From: Methanobacteriota archaeon
GTDB taxonomy: Archaea; Thermoplasmatota; Poseidoniia; Poseidoniales; Poseidoniaceae
Length of the DNA: 62,416 nucleotides
Direction of reading: 5' to 3'
Assembly: GCA_002699515.1 (NCBI GenBank)
Contig: PAAW01000061.1
Location: 1-62,416 of the forward strand
Shown here: positions 8,261 through 17,464 of the stretch, one piece after another
How positions within the stretch are numbered: position 1 is the stretch's first letter
Layout: every line of letters starts with the position of its first letter
The notes under the pieces: generated by a model
Database searches by the model: none
Told to the model about the DNA's origin: nothing
What the model saw: only the letters and a program-made list of their open reading frames with translations
Made by a program: the position numbers and the translations under genes

Positions 8261-8947
8261 ATGAAATATATAATTATTCCTGCAAGAGGCGGAAGTAAAG
8301 GTATTCAGGATAAAAACATACAGGAAGTAGGTGGAATTCCTTTAGTTTCTTGGTCTATCATTCATGCAGAGTATATATCAACTGAAGAGGACAAGATAAT
8401 AGTCTCTTCAGATTCTGAAAAAATTTTAAATTTAGCAAAAAAATATGATGTAATTGGACTAAAAAGACCAAAATATTTATCGGGTGATAAAGTATTTACT
8501 GAACCAGTAATGAAGCATGTCTTAAGTAAATTTAATCCTGACGAGAATGATCTAGTAATCCTCCTTCAACCTACAAGCCCTCTCAGAAAAAAAATTACCA
8601 TCGAGGAGACCCTAAGAGCAGTTGAATCTAATGAAGCTGATTCAGCACTTACATTAAAAAAGGATCACTTATTTTTTTGGAAAAAAGCTAGTAAGTATGT
8701 TAAGCCACTCTATAAAAATAGGCCAAGAAGGCAAGACATGGAATCACAACTTTCTGAAACAGGATCGATTTATATTACTAAATACAAAAACTTTTTAAAG
8801 AGTGGGATTAGATTATCAGGCAATACTAAAGGGATAATTGCTGAACCTTCTGAATCAATTGATGTAGATACCTATCAGGATTTACAATATGTAAATTTGT
8901 TATCAGAAGATTATTTAAAAGAATGGGAAAAAGAGCTAAATATTTAA
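8261..8947 (+). CDS. neuA: CMP-nonulosonic (sialic/legionaminic) acid synthetase, acylneuraminate cytidylyltransferase family
   Basis: 228 aa. IIPARGGSKGIQDKN is the N-terminal motif of CTP_transf_3 / NeuA-LegF-PseF enzymes. Confidence 0.85.
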   Translation: MKYIIIPARGGSKGIQDKNIQEVGGIPLVSWSIIHAEYISTEEDKIIVSSDSEKILNLAKKYDVIGLKRPKYLSGDKVFTEPVMKHVLSKFNPDENDLVILLQPTSPLRKKITIEETLRAVESNEADSALTLKKDHLFFWKKASKYVKPLYKNRPRRQDMESQLSETGSIYITKYKNFLKSGIRLSGNTKGIIAEPSESIDVDTYQDLQYVNLLSEDYLKEWEKELNI

Positions 8948-8949
8948 AG

Positions 8950-9582
8950 TTAATTCTTTGAAATAAATTTTATCAAATCTTTCAAAAAATTTATCCCGTC
9001 CAAGCCACTTTTTTCTGGATGAAATTGTAAACCATAAATATTTTTTAAACTACCAGATCCATTAACAGAAGAAACTACACTAGTATTTCCTACCTTAGAA
9101 TGTGACATAATGTCATTTTTGTTTGTTGGTATAACTTCATATTCATGAACAAAATAAAAATAGTTATCTTCATATTTTTTAAATTTATCATTTATAAAGT
9201 TTGTTTTTCTCCAACCTATATTTGGTGTAATTATTTTATAATTTGAAAATTTTTTCTCAAGGTTAATAACCTTACCATCCAATATACTAAGACCTTTACT
9301 GTTGCCTTCTTCTGATTCAGAAAATAAAATTTGCATTCCAAGACAAATACCAAGAATCTTTTGGTCTTTACTAGCTCTTTCTTTTATTGGATTTACTAAG
9401 TCTTTCTGTCTTAGATTTTCCATAAGATGTTTGAAATTACCGACTCCTGGAATTATTAATATATCAGTTTTTTCAATATCTTTAAAATCTTCAACCATTG
9501 ATGTATTAAACCCAAGGTGTTCAAGCGCATGAAAAATGCTAAATTTATTAGATAAATTTGTCTCAAAAACACCAATATGCAT
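8950..9582 (-). CDS. hisH: HisH-like glutamine amidotransferase (glycan-cluster paralog)
   Basis: Class I GATase motifs GICLGMQ (Cys nucleophile) and LQFHPEKS. It sits directly upstream of a HisF-like gene and a WbpG-like gene. Confidence 0.85.
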   Translation of the reverse strand: MHIGVFETNLSNKFSIFHALEHLGFNTSMVEDFKDIEKTDILIIPGVGNFKHLMENLRQKDLVNPIKERASKDQKILGICLGMQILFSESEEGNSKGLSILDGKVINLEKKFSNYKIITPNIGWRKTNFINDKFKKYEDNYFYFVHEYEVIPTNKNDIMSHSKVGNTSVVSSVNGSGSLKNIYGLQFHPEKSGLDGINFLKDLIKFISKN

Positions 9583-9585
9583 TAT

Positions 9586-10329
9586 TTAAATCCTCACCTC
9601 AAAACCTAAGTCAGCTAACTTTTTCTTTATTGAATGAATTTCAACTTTTTTGTAGTGTAGGGCAGATCCAATTAAAATCCCTGAAATACTCTTGTCTAGT
9701 TTATCAAGATGGTCAAGATGTCCAAAACCTCCACCAACTATTAAAGGAACTTTACAACAACTTAGTCCATGATCTATCATTTCATAATCAAAACCACTTT
9801 GATATCCATCATTATCTATTGAAGTCAATGAAATTTCACCAACTCCTCTCTCCGTAGCTTCAATTATCCAATCTTTTAATTCTTTGCCAGAGTTATCTCT
9901 GCCTGTTGAGGTAAAAACATTCCAAGTCCCATTTTTAATTTTTTTTGCTTCTATCGATAACGCAACATTTGCAGATCCAAAATATTTTACAAGTTCTTCA
10001 ATAATTTTTGGCTCATTTACAGCTGCTGTGTTTATTGATATTTTATCAGCACCATTTTGAAAATATAGCAAAGCGTCATCAACAGTCTTTATTGCGCCAC
10101 TAACTGTTATTGGTACAAAAATGTTTTTTGCAGTAAATAGTAAGATTTCATGTAGGCCACTTCTGCTGTAAAGACTTGCAACCGTGTCAATATACATAAT
10201 TTCATCAGCATTTTTTTTATAATATTCTTTAGCAAAGTCTTTAGCATTTCCAAGTTTTCTTAATCCTTCAAAATTAAGACCTTTAATTAAGTCATTATTT
10301 TTTATATCTAATCTAGAAATTACTCTCAT
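9586..10329 (-). CDS. hisF: HisF-like cyclase subunit (glycan-cluster paralog)
   Basis: 247 aa. RVISRLDIKN start, (beta/alpha)8 HisF-like layout, GGGFG near the C-terminus. It is flanked by hisH-like and WbpG-like genes. Confidence 0.85.
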   Translation of the reverse strand: MRVISRLDIKNNDLIKGLNFEGLRKLGNAKDFAKEYYKKNADEIMYIDTVASLYSRSGLHEILLFTAKNIFVPITVSGAIKTVDDALLYFQNGADKISINTAAVNEPKIIEELVKYFGSANVALSIEAKKIKNGTWNVFTSTGRDNSGKELKDWIIEATERGVGEISLTSIDNDGYQSGFDYEMIDHGLSCCKVPLIVGGGFGHLDHLDKLDKSISGILIGSALHYKKVEIHSIKKKLADLGFEVRI

Positions 10330-10354
10330 CTAAAATTTATTCTAGACACTAGGT

Positions 10355-11566
10355 TCAACTTACTTGTGTCTTAAGTACCCATTTATTATTTTCTTTTGTC
10401 CATACATTTGGAGACCGAAACTTATCAATAATTTCCCAAAATTCTTTCTCATCTAGATTAAAGTAATCAAGAAATTCTTCTAGGTATTTGGTGGGAAATT
10501 CATGATCGTATTTTTGCACTAATGCAACTCCTTCGTCCCTTGTTATTTTTCCATTTCTAATTTCTTGAGAAGCATCATATGTTGCTCTTCCAATACCAAA
10601 TTTAATAAAAATCATATAAAAATGAAGCCATTCCATAACGTCATCAATTCCTGCATATTTACTATATGACCCCTGCGAACGTTCATTGTTTGGTCTAAAT
10701 CCAGTATTTTCGGCTGCATAATAAAACATTTCCTGTGGATCCCATTTCACGTAGTAGCTTAAATAATGAACTTCAGTACTTATTTCAGTTAACTTTTGAT
10801 AGTCTACAGGCATATACATATTTAAATCAGATTCACTTATGTTATGTTGCTTAATTAATTCTTTTGCTGGGATGCCCCCAATTGTTATATCTTCTTTTTT
10901 TGCATCAGAAAAAAAAGACAAATCCATTGTTGGTTTATTATTATCTTCTATCTTATTACCGTATTCTGCCTGATTTTCCCCGTAAAAAACTAATGGAACG
11001 TCATACATGATTGAAGTTCTAGGCCCTATTAGTTTTTGTCCAATAATAAAAGGTTGAAATGGATGTCCAATATTTTCAAAAGCTAACCTTGCTAGTTCTC
11101 TATGAACCTTGCCACTAGGATGGATCAAAATATTATCAAACCCTCCAACTTGAATCCAAGATTGGAAGTTTTGCCAACCGATATCAGTATATTTATGTGG
11201 AGCCCATGTAACTGTGAGAGGATTCATTCCTAATTCATACTTTAAAAAATGAGAAGCGAAAGCGCTGTCTTTACCTCCTGATCCTGGAACTATACAGTCG
11301 TATGATCCATTATTACTTCTAAATTTATCACAAAGTTTTTCTAACTCACTTCGTCTATCTTCCCAGTTAATTCCTTCTTTGACTTCTGCCCAAATACAGG
11401 CTGTACAAACACCATTTTCAAACAAAATTTTAGGTTTTATATCTTCAGATTTGTTTTTAAACTCAACAACGCTACTGGGTCTTTGATTTGAAATAACACA
11501 TTTATCACAGTATTGAATTTCATCGAATACAGTTGTCATGCCATTTACTATACTATAATTTATCAA
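10355..11566 (-). CDS. N-acetyl sugar amidotransferase (WbpG/PseA/PtmG family, PP-loop ATPase)
   Basis: PP-loop VPGSGGKDS. The N-terminal CDKC ... CTAC cysteine pairs are typical of this family. Gene order is hisH-hisF-amidotransferase. Confidence 0.8.
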   Translation of the reverse strand: MINYSIVNGMTTVFDEIQYCDKCVISNQRPSSVVEFKNKSEDIKPKILFENGVCTACIWAEVKEGINWEDRRSELEKLCDKFRSNNGSYDCIVPGSGGKDSAFASHFLKYELGMNPLTVTWAPHKYTDIGWQNFQSWIQVGGFDNILIHPSGKVHRELARLAFENIGHPFQPFIIGQKLIGPRTSIMYDVPLVFYGENQAEYGNKIEDNNKPTMDLSFFSDAKKEDITIGGIPAKELIKQHNISESDLNMYMPVDYQKLTEISTEVHYLSYYVKWDPQEMFYYAAENTGFRPNNERSQGSYSKYAGIDDVMEWLHFYMIFIKFGIGRATYDASQEIRNGKITRDEGVALVQKYDHEFPTKYLEEFLDYFNLDEKEFWEIIDKFRSPNVWTKENNKWVLKTQVS

Positions 11567-11605
11567 GTAACTACTTAACTTAACTTTGCAAGTATATGGT
11601 GCATA

Positions 11606-12343
11606 ATGTCAAAAAATAGAGATCATGATTATTTATATATAAATGAGAAAAAATATTTAACTGACCCAAAATATACAACGACACAATTTGAAAACTTACT
11701 AAAAGAAATATCATTTGGAAAAAAACAAGAAAGCTTATGGGACATTGGCTGTAGTAATGGATCACTATTAAATTATTTAGTAAAAAAATTTCCAAATTCT
11801 AAACTTTATGGCAGTGATGTAATCAAAGAAAGCTTAGAAGTAGCAAAAAAGAATACACATAGTTCAATAGAATACTTTTTTGATGACATAACAAAAGAAA
11901 AAACCTTAAGTTTAGAATGTGATGTTCTCATCTCAGTTGGGGTTTTTCAAATATATGAGGAAATTGAGAAAATATTAAATCAATATATTTCGAGAGTTAA
12001 GCCAAAGGGTTATATATTTATACAAGGTCCACTTAATAAATATGGTGTAGATGTTTTAATTAAATATAGGGATAACAGAAATACTAAAACAGAAGAAATA
12101 GATCAAATTGGTTGGAATTTATGGTCAGTAGAGTATTTAGAAAACTTATTTGATAAAATAAAAGAAATAGAAAATTATGAATTTATACCAATTCATTTCC
12201 CGAAAGATTTAACAGTAGAACATGACCATAAAGATACATTAAGAAGCTGGACGGTTAATCTAGATGGAGAAAATAAATTTTTGAATGGTCTATTTCTTCA
12301 AGATCATTATTTTATAAAATTAAAAATTGATAAATCAAGCTAG
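11606..12343 (+). CDS. Class I SAM-dependent methyltransferase
   Basis: Motif I LWDIGCSNGSLLNYL, followed by an acidic residue (YGSDV) and VLISVGVF. Confidence 0.65.
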   Translation: MSKNRDHDYLYINEKKYLTDPKYTTTQFENLLKEISFGKKQESLWDIGCSNGSLLNYLVKKFPNSKLYGSDVIKESLEVAKKNTHSSIEYFFDDITKEKTLSLECDVLISVGVFQIYEEIEKILNQYISRVKPKGYIFIQGPLNKYGVDVLIKYRDNRNTKTEEIDQIGWNLWSVEYLENLFDKIKEIENYEFIPIHFPKDLTVEHDHKDTLRSWTVNLDGENKFLNGLFLQDHYFIKLKIDKSS

Positions 12344-12351
12344 TTAACTGT

Positions 12352-13275
12352 ATGAAAAATCTTTATTCGATTATGTTCCACGATTTTAAGAGAAATAACT
12401 CTGCCGGAACGCAGGGAGCTATCTCAGAAGAAAATTTATATAAAATAATTGATTTTTACGATATAGATAAAATTTCAAATCCGAAATTATTTTTGGAAAA
12501 TGAAGATAACAATTTAGAGGGCGAATTATTTTTTACATTTGATGATGGTCTTTTAAGTCAATATGAAATCGCGTTTAAAATTCTTGAAGAACAAAATATA
12601 AAAGGACTTTTTTTTATCCATACAAAACCATTAATTGGGGAGTTCGATATTCATCAAATTACTAGAAACTTTAAAAATTCTAAAAATTTTGATAGTGTTG
12701 ATGAATTTAACTCTTTGTTAATTGAATTAATTAAAAGAAACTTTTCGGACAATGAAAAAGGCAAATTAAATAAAGAGTTTATAGAAAGCAAATACTTATT
12801 GGAGTACAAATTTTATTCTAGTTCTGATAGAGAACTTAGGTTTATAAGAGATTTCAAGATAAGTTTAGAAGAATATGAAGAATCGATCTTTTCGCTAATA
12901 AAGGAAAAAGGGGCAAGTTTAGATAGTTTAATAAATGAAACTTATATGAATAAGGAAATGGTAAAAGAAATTAGCGAAAGAGGCCACACTATTGGTTTAC
13001 ATTCGCATTCACACCCTACAAACCTTGGAAGCATGAAAGAAGATGACCAATATTATGAATTAAATAGAAATTCTGAAATTTTAGAAGAAATAATTGGTTA
13101 TAAGCCAAAAGCGTTATCTTTTCCATCTAATTCCTATAATGAACAAACTATTGATCTACTCAAAAAGTTAAAAATTAACTATGCCTTCAGAGCCAATGAT
13201 CAAATAAATCTGAACCCTTACGAACTTGCTAGAGTTGATGCAACTTATATAATTGAAAAAATAATGACTGGATAG
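12352..13275 (+). CDS. Polysaccharide deacetylase (NodB/CE4-like)
   Basis: FTFDDG (motif 1) and GLHSHSHP (His motif). Confidence 0.7.
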   Translation: MKNLYSIMFHDFKRNNSAGTQGAISEENLYKIIDFYDIDKISNPKLFLENEDNNLEGELFFTFDDGLLSQYEIAFKILEEQNIKGLFFIHTKPLIGEFDIHQITRNFKNSKNFDSVDEFNSLLIELIKRNFSDNEKGKLNKEFIESKYLLEYKFYSSSDRELRFIRDFKISLEEYEESIFSLIKEKGASLDSLINETYMNKEMVKEISERGHTIGLHSHSHPTNLGSMKEDDQYYELNRNSEILEEIIGYKPKALSFPSNSYNEQTIDLLKKLKINYAFRANDQINLNPYELARVDATYIIEKIMTG

Positions 13276-13277
13276 AC

Positions 13278-14021
13278 ATGAAAGTTGGAATTATTTCTGG
13301 TGCCTCATTAAGGCATAATGCACTTGCATCTTATTTAAATCAAGAATACGAAGTTATACAGTTTTCAGAAGTAGCATCAACAAATAATAAATTAGAAAAC
13401 CAATCATTAAGAGAGTATTTTTCACAAGTTAAATTAATTGAGAATGAAAAATTTAATGGAACTGATTGGACTAATGAAAATTATAAAAAAATCTCAATTC
13501 CAAAAGGAGAACTAAATAATCTTCCTGAAGAAATCAACTACTTATTTAATTGTGAAGTAGTAATAATTTATGGGTCATCGATTATAAAAGATCCACTATA
13601 TTCAATGCTTCCTCAGAATAAATTACTTAATTTACACTTAGGAATCTCACCACAATACACAGGGTCTGCTTGTAATTTTTGGGCTTTGTATGATGACAAC
13701 ATACAATATGTTGGAGGGACAATTCAGACACTTTCTAAAAAGTTAGATTTAGGAAAGACTATTAAATATTGCTATCCTCAATTGAACATTCAAACCTTCA
13801 ACCCAGTTAATTTTTCTATGGAAGCAGTAAAAGAAACATTCCTAAATCTTCCTGAAGTTATTGACAAAATAGATAAATATATTGAAGAATCTCGTGAACC
13901 AGATTCTAAAAAATTAATTAGACATTCAAAAATAGCTGATTTTAATGAAAAAATTTTAACTGAATTTTACAAGAAAGAAATAAATCTTGAAAATATTAAT
14001 AAAAGAAATAAGAACAACTAA
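13278..14021 (+). CDS. Formyltransferase-family protein (Formyl_trans_N-like)
   Basis: LNLHLGISPQYTGSACNFWAL resembles the N-x-H .. SLLPxxRG core of formyltransferases. Translationally coupled to the deacetylase. Confidence 0.5.
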   Translation: MKVGIISGASLRHNALASYLNQEYEVIQFSEVASTNNKLENQSLREYFSQVKLIENEKFNGTDWTNENYKKISIPKGELNNLPEEINYLFNCEVVIIYGSSIIKDPLYSMLPQNKLLNLHLGISPQYTGSACNFWALYDDNIQYVGGTIQTLSKKLDLGKTIKYCYPQLNIQTFNPVNFSMEAVKETFLNLPEVIDKIDKYIEESREPDSKKLIRHSKIADFNEKILTEFYKKEINLENINKRNKNN

Positions 14022-14023
14022 TT

Positions 14024-15058
14024 TTAAAGAATATTTAGTTTAGAAAGCTCTTCTTGGCTTCCTACATCAATCCATCTTTCAGTTATATAGTAAGGAAAAA
14101 CAGCATAATTCTCAATCGACTTACTAATTAGTTCATTCATATCCAAATATTCTTCATTTATCCTTTTAATTATTTTTGGATCTACTAAATTAATTCCGGC
14201 GCTTACCCAGTCTTGATATATTGGCTTTTCTTTATAGCCTGTGACTCTTTGCTTGTTAACTTTAATTACTCCATAAGGAATGAACGTGTTATATGGCCTT
14301 ACGCCGACAAGAATATCTGTTTGTTTTTTTTCTAAAGTCGTTATCATTTCTCTAAAATTTGTTTCTGTTACAACATCACAATTTAATGTAAGTACAGGAG
14401 ATTCTTCTTCTTTTAAGAAACATAAAGAACCAGCAGTTCCTAGAGGCTCTTTTTCTATTAAAAATTCAATTTCTGCATCATCTAATTTCAGTTCTGATAT
14501 CTTGTCTACAATTTGATTAGCCATGTGGTGAAGTGATATATAAATTTTTTTAAATCCAAAATCAGTGAGCTTTTTTAATTGATATTCTAAAAGAGTAATC
14601 CCTCCTATTTCTACTAATGGTTTAGGAATATTTTCTGTGATTTTACCCAATCTCGTGCCCTTTCCTCCAGCCATTAGCAATACAGAGTTATTTAGTTCTT
14701 TATTTATTTCATAAGGCACATAAAGCAAACTAACAATTTGATTATTCTTATCTAATACTGGTATGTATGGATTTAAATTTTTTTTAAATAGCTTATTCAC
14801 CTGCTCATTAGTGAAGTCTTTGCTAAGGAAGTCAAATTTATAGTTGATTATATTTTTTATACCTTTATCAAGCGCACCTTCTTCTAAAAGCCCTCTTCTT
14901 AAATCACCATTTGAAATAAGACCAATTAATTTATCATTTTTGACTATAAGTAATATTTTATGAAAGCAAGCTTCAATTTTTTGTAATGCAGAAAAAAAAG
15001 TATCATCTTCCTCAATGATATTGTCCTTTAAATCAGTTATTTCTTGGATCTGGGTCAT
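14024..15058 (-). CDS. CBS-pair + sugar-phosphate nucleotidyltransferase (PtmE-like)
   Basis: The N-terminal ~120 aa look like a CBS pair, followed by LLMAGGKGTRLGKITENIPKPL (nucleotidyltransferase signature). 344 aa. Confidence 0.8.
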   Translation of the reverse strand: MTQIQEITDLKDNIIEEDDTFFSALQKIEACFHKILLIVKNDKLIGLISNGDLRRGLLEEGALDKGIKNIINYKFDFLSKDFTNEQVNKLFKKNLNPYIPVLDKNNQIVSLLYVPYEINKELNNSVLLMAGGKGTRLGKITENIPKPLVEIGGITLLEYQLKKLTDFGFKKIYISLHHMANQIVDKISELKLDDAEIEFLIEKEPLGTAGSLCFLKEEESPVLTLNCDVVTETNFREMITTLEKKQTDILVGVRPYNTFIPYGVIKVNKQRVTGYKEKPIYQDWVSAGINLVDPKIIKRINEEYLDMNELISKSIENYAVFPYYITERWIDVGSQEELSKLNIL

Positions 15059-15113
15059 AAAAGTTATATTAATAAAGTTAAATAAAATAAAATATACTAT
15101 TTAGAATATTTCT

Positions 15114-16397
15114 GTGAAGAAAGCCGCTTTAATTGTTGATCATCCGTCTAGAGACCTAGATTATATTGTTGATATAGCAACAAATCTGAATAATTTAAAG
15201 ATTAAAACCTTTATTGTTCCATCTAATTTAAGACACAGAGAGCTGCTTTTGCTCAGTCCTGATTATGTTCTTTATCCAAATCATAGAGACTATTTTGCAG
15301 AGGAGGTAAATATATTAAAAAAATCTAGAATACTTGTCGGGGTCCTTGAAACTGAACAGTGTGTACACGAAGACTTTTTTCAAGATTATCAATTAACTAA
15401 AGATAAAGAAAAACGAAAAGATATTGAAGATTTTTTTGTTTGGGGGGAATATTTTTCAAATACTTCAATAAAAAGAAATTGGTACAATGAAAATCAAATT
15501 AAAATTATTGGAAGCCCAAAACATGATCGTTATTTAAAAAAAATTAAGAAAAAAGATAAAGATTTTGACATATTAGTAGCAACGTCATTTCCAAATTCAT
15601 CACCAATATTTGGAGAAAAAGTAAACACAAATAGCTATAGGTACCTTGGAATGAAAGATGAACACATAAAAACATTTATAGAGTTGCATAAAGAGAATAG
15701 ACAAAACACGATTTCTTTTATAAATAAATATTTATCAGGAAAAAAATATAAGGTTTTGTTAAGAGTGCATCCTTATGAAAAGAAAGATATGTATATTAAT
15801 GAAATTAAAGGAGAAAACATTGAAATAGATGATTCTGATGAAACTATATTTCACTCATTGAATAAATCAAAAATACTTTTACATTACAATTCGAGTTCTT
15901 GTGTAGATGCCCAGGTAGCTAAAATTCCAAGCATAAATATGTCGTGGATGCGAACTATGAAAGTTTTTCACGAATCTACAGAAATTATGAAAGAAATAAG
16001 CTACCAACCTCAGAGTGAAATAGATAGTATTGAACTTATTGATGAGATATTAGAAAATAAAATATCAATGAAAACAGAAAATGATAATAATGCAATTGAA
16101 AAATTTATTTATAAGCTTGACGGTAATTCTTCAGCTAGGTGTGCCGAGATAATTAGACAAACCGTTCATACGAAAAAAGTCAAAAAAGAGATATTTAAAA
16201 ATCAGACTATATTTTTAACAAACTTTAGCATTAAAGGATTCTTCGTCAGTTTATTTTTAAAGTATAAGTGGATGAAAACAAAAAAATATTTTAATAGAAA
16301 AGATATTAACAATAGCTTAGATAAAATAGGCACTTCCCTCGAAACAATAAATCCAAAAATTAATGGTATTTCTTTATCGTCTGTTGAAATTATCTAG
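15114..16397 (+). CDS. Uncharacterised surface-carbohydrate biosynthesis protein, TagF/KpsS-like HP-motif GT-B candidate
   Basis: GTG start. KVLLRVHPYEKKD ... ILLHYNSSSCVDAQ pattern. First gene of the neuB operon. Confidence 0.4.
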   Translation: MKKAALIVDHPSRDLDYIVDIATNLNNLKIKTFIVPSNLRHRELLLLSPDYVLYPNHRDYFAEEVNILKKSRILVGVLETEQCVHEDFFQDYQLTKDKEKRKDIEDFFVWGEYFSNTSIKRNWYNENQIKIIGSPKHDRYLKKIKKKDKDFDILVATSFPNSSPIFGEKVNTNSYRYLGMKDEHIKTFIELHKENRQNTISFINKYLSGKKYKVLLRVHPYEKKDMYINEIKGENIEIDDSDETIFHSLNKSKILLHYNSSSCVDAQVAKIPSINMSWMRTMKVFHESTEIMKEISYQPQSEIDSIELIDEILENKISMKTENDNNAIEKFIYKLDGNSSARCAEIIRQTVHTKKVKKEIFKNQTIFLTNFSIKGFFVSLFLKYKWMKTKKYFNRKDINNSLDKIGTSLETINPKINGISLSSVEII

Positions 16398-16433
16398 TAG
16401 TAATATGAAAAGTAGACATATTCGAGGAAAAAA

Positions 16434-17462
16434 ATGATTAAATTTTCAGATATTATTGTTTCTGATGACAACGAACCATTTATTATTGCTGAGGCTGGAA
16501 TAAATCATGATGGAGATTTTAAAAAAGCGTTAGAGTTGATTGATGTTGCTGTTGTTTCAGGCGCCTCAGCAATCAAATTTCAAACCCACATAACAGATAA
16601 AGAGATGATCCCGACTGACATGAAACCTGGAAATATAAGCGAGGAATCTTTATGGGATATCATTGACAGATGTGTTCTCAATACAGAACAAGAAAAAGAA
16701 CTATTTGAGTACTCAAAAGAAAAAGGAATTTTATTTTTTTCAACCCCATTTAGTAGGGAAGGGGCAGATAGGTTGAACGAACTAGGAGTCGAACTTTTTA
16801 AAATTGGTTCTGGAGAGTGCAATAATATCCCTTTACTTGATCATGTTGCAAAATTCAATAAACCAATGATTTTATCAACAGGCATGAATGATATAGAATC
16901 AATAAAAACATCGGTAGAAACAATATTGAATCATGGAACCCCCTTAGCTGTTTTACATTGCACAAGTATATATCCTGCTCCACCTGAAACAATGAGGCTT
17001 GGCGCAATTACACATCTAAAAGAAACTTTCCCAGATTTAGAGATTGGTTTATCGGATCACTCTTTAGGAATTTCAGTTTCTCTTGGAGCTGTAGCAATAG
17101 GTGCAAATATAATTGAAAAGCATTTTACTAAATCAAGAAAATGGCCTGGTCCAGACAATCCATTTTCTATTGAGCCAAATGAACTTGAACAGCTTGTTCA
17201 ATCATCAAAAGAAATATGGAAATCAAGAGGAGGCAGAAAAGACATATTACCCGATGAACAGCCGGTTATAGATTTTGCCTATGCTTCTGTAGTAACTATT
17301 AAAGATATTAAAAAAGGAGATATTTTTACACTTGATAATCTTTGGGTAAAAAGACCTGGAACTGGTGAAATTTTAGCACCAGAATTTTATTCTATTCTAA
17401 ACAAAGAAGCATTGGTTGACATTCCTTCAGAGACTCAGCTTACGAAAGAAATGTACAAATAG
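16434..17462 (+). CDS. neuB: N-acetylneuraminate/legionaminate synthase (NeuB/LegI family) with SAF domain
   Basis: FIIAEAGINHDGD and AIKFQTH motifs. The C-terminal SAF-like segment is VTIKDIKKGDIFTLDNLWVKRPG. GAGGA lies 6 nt upstream of the ATG. Confidence 0.9.
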   Translation: MIKFSDIIVSDDNEPFIIAEAGINHDGDFKKALELIDVAVVSGASAIKFQTHITDKEMIPTDMKPGNISEESLWDIIDRCVLNTEQEKELFEYSKEKGILFFSTPFSREGADRLNELGVELFKIGSGECNNIPLLDHVAKFNKPMILSTGMNDIESIKTSVETILNHGTPLAVLHCTSIYPAPPETMRLGAITHLKETFPDLEIGLSDHSLGISVSLGAVAIGANIIEKHFTKSRKWPGPDNPFSIEPNELEQLVQSSKEIWKSRGGRKDILPDEQPVIDFAYASVVTIKDIKKGDIFTLDNLWVKRPGTGEILAPEFYSILNKEALVDIPSETQLTKEMYK

Positions 17463-17464
17463 TT

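Noticed and set aside
8950-10329. hisH/hisF considered as histidine-biosynthesis genes.
   Set aside because: They are flanked by a WbpG/PseA-type amidotransferase and NulO genes, with no other his genes present. This is the known glycan-modification paralog arrangement.
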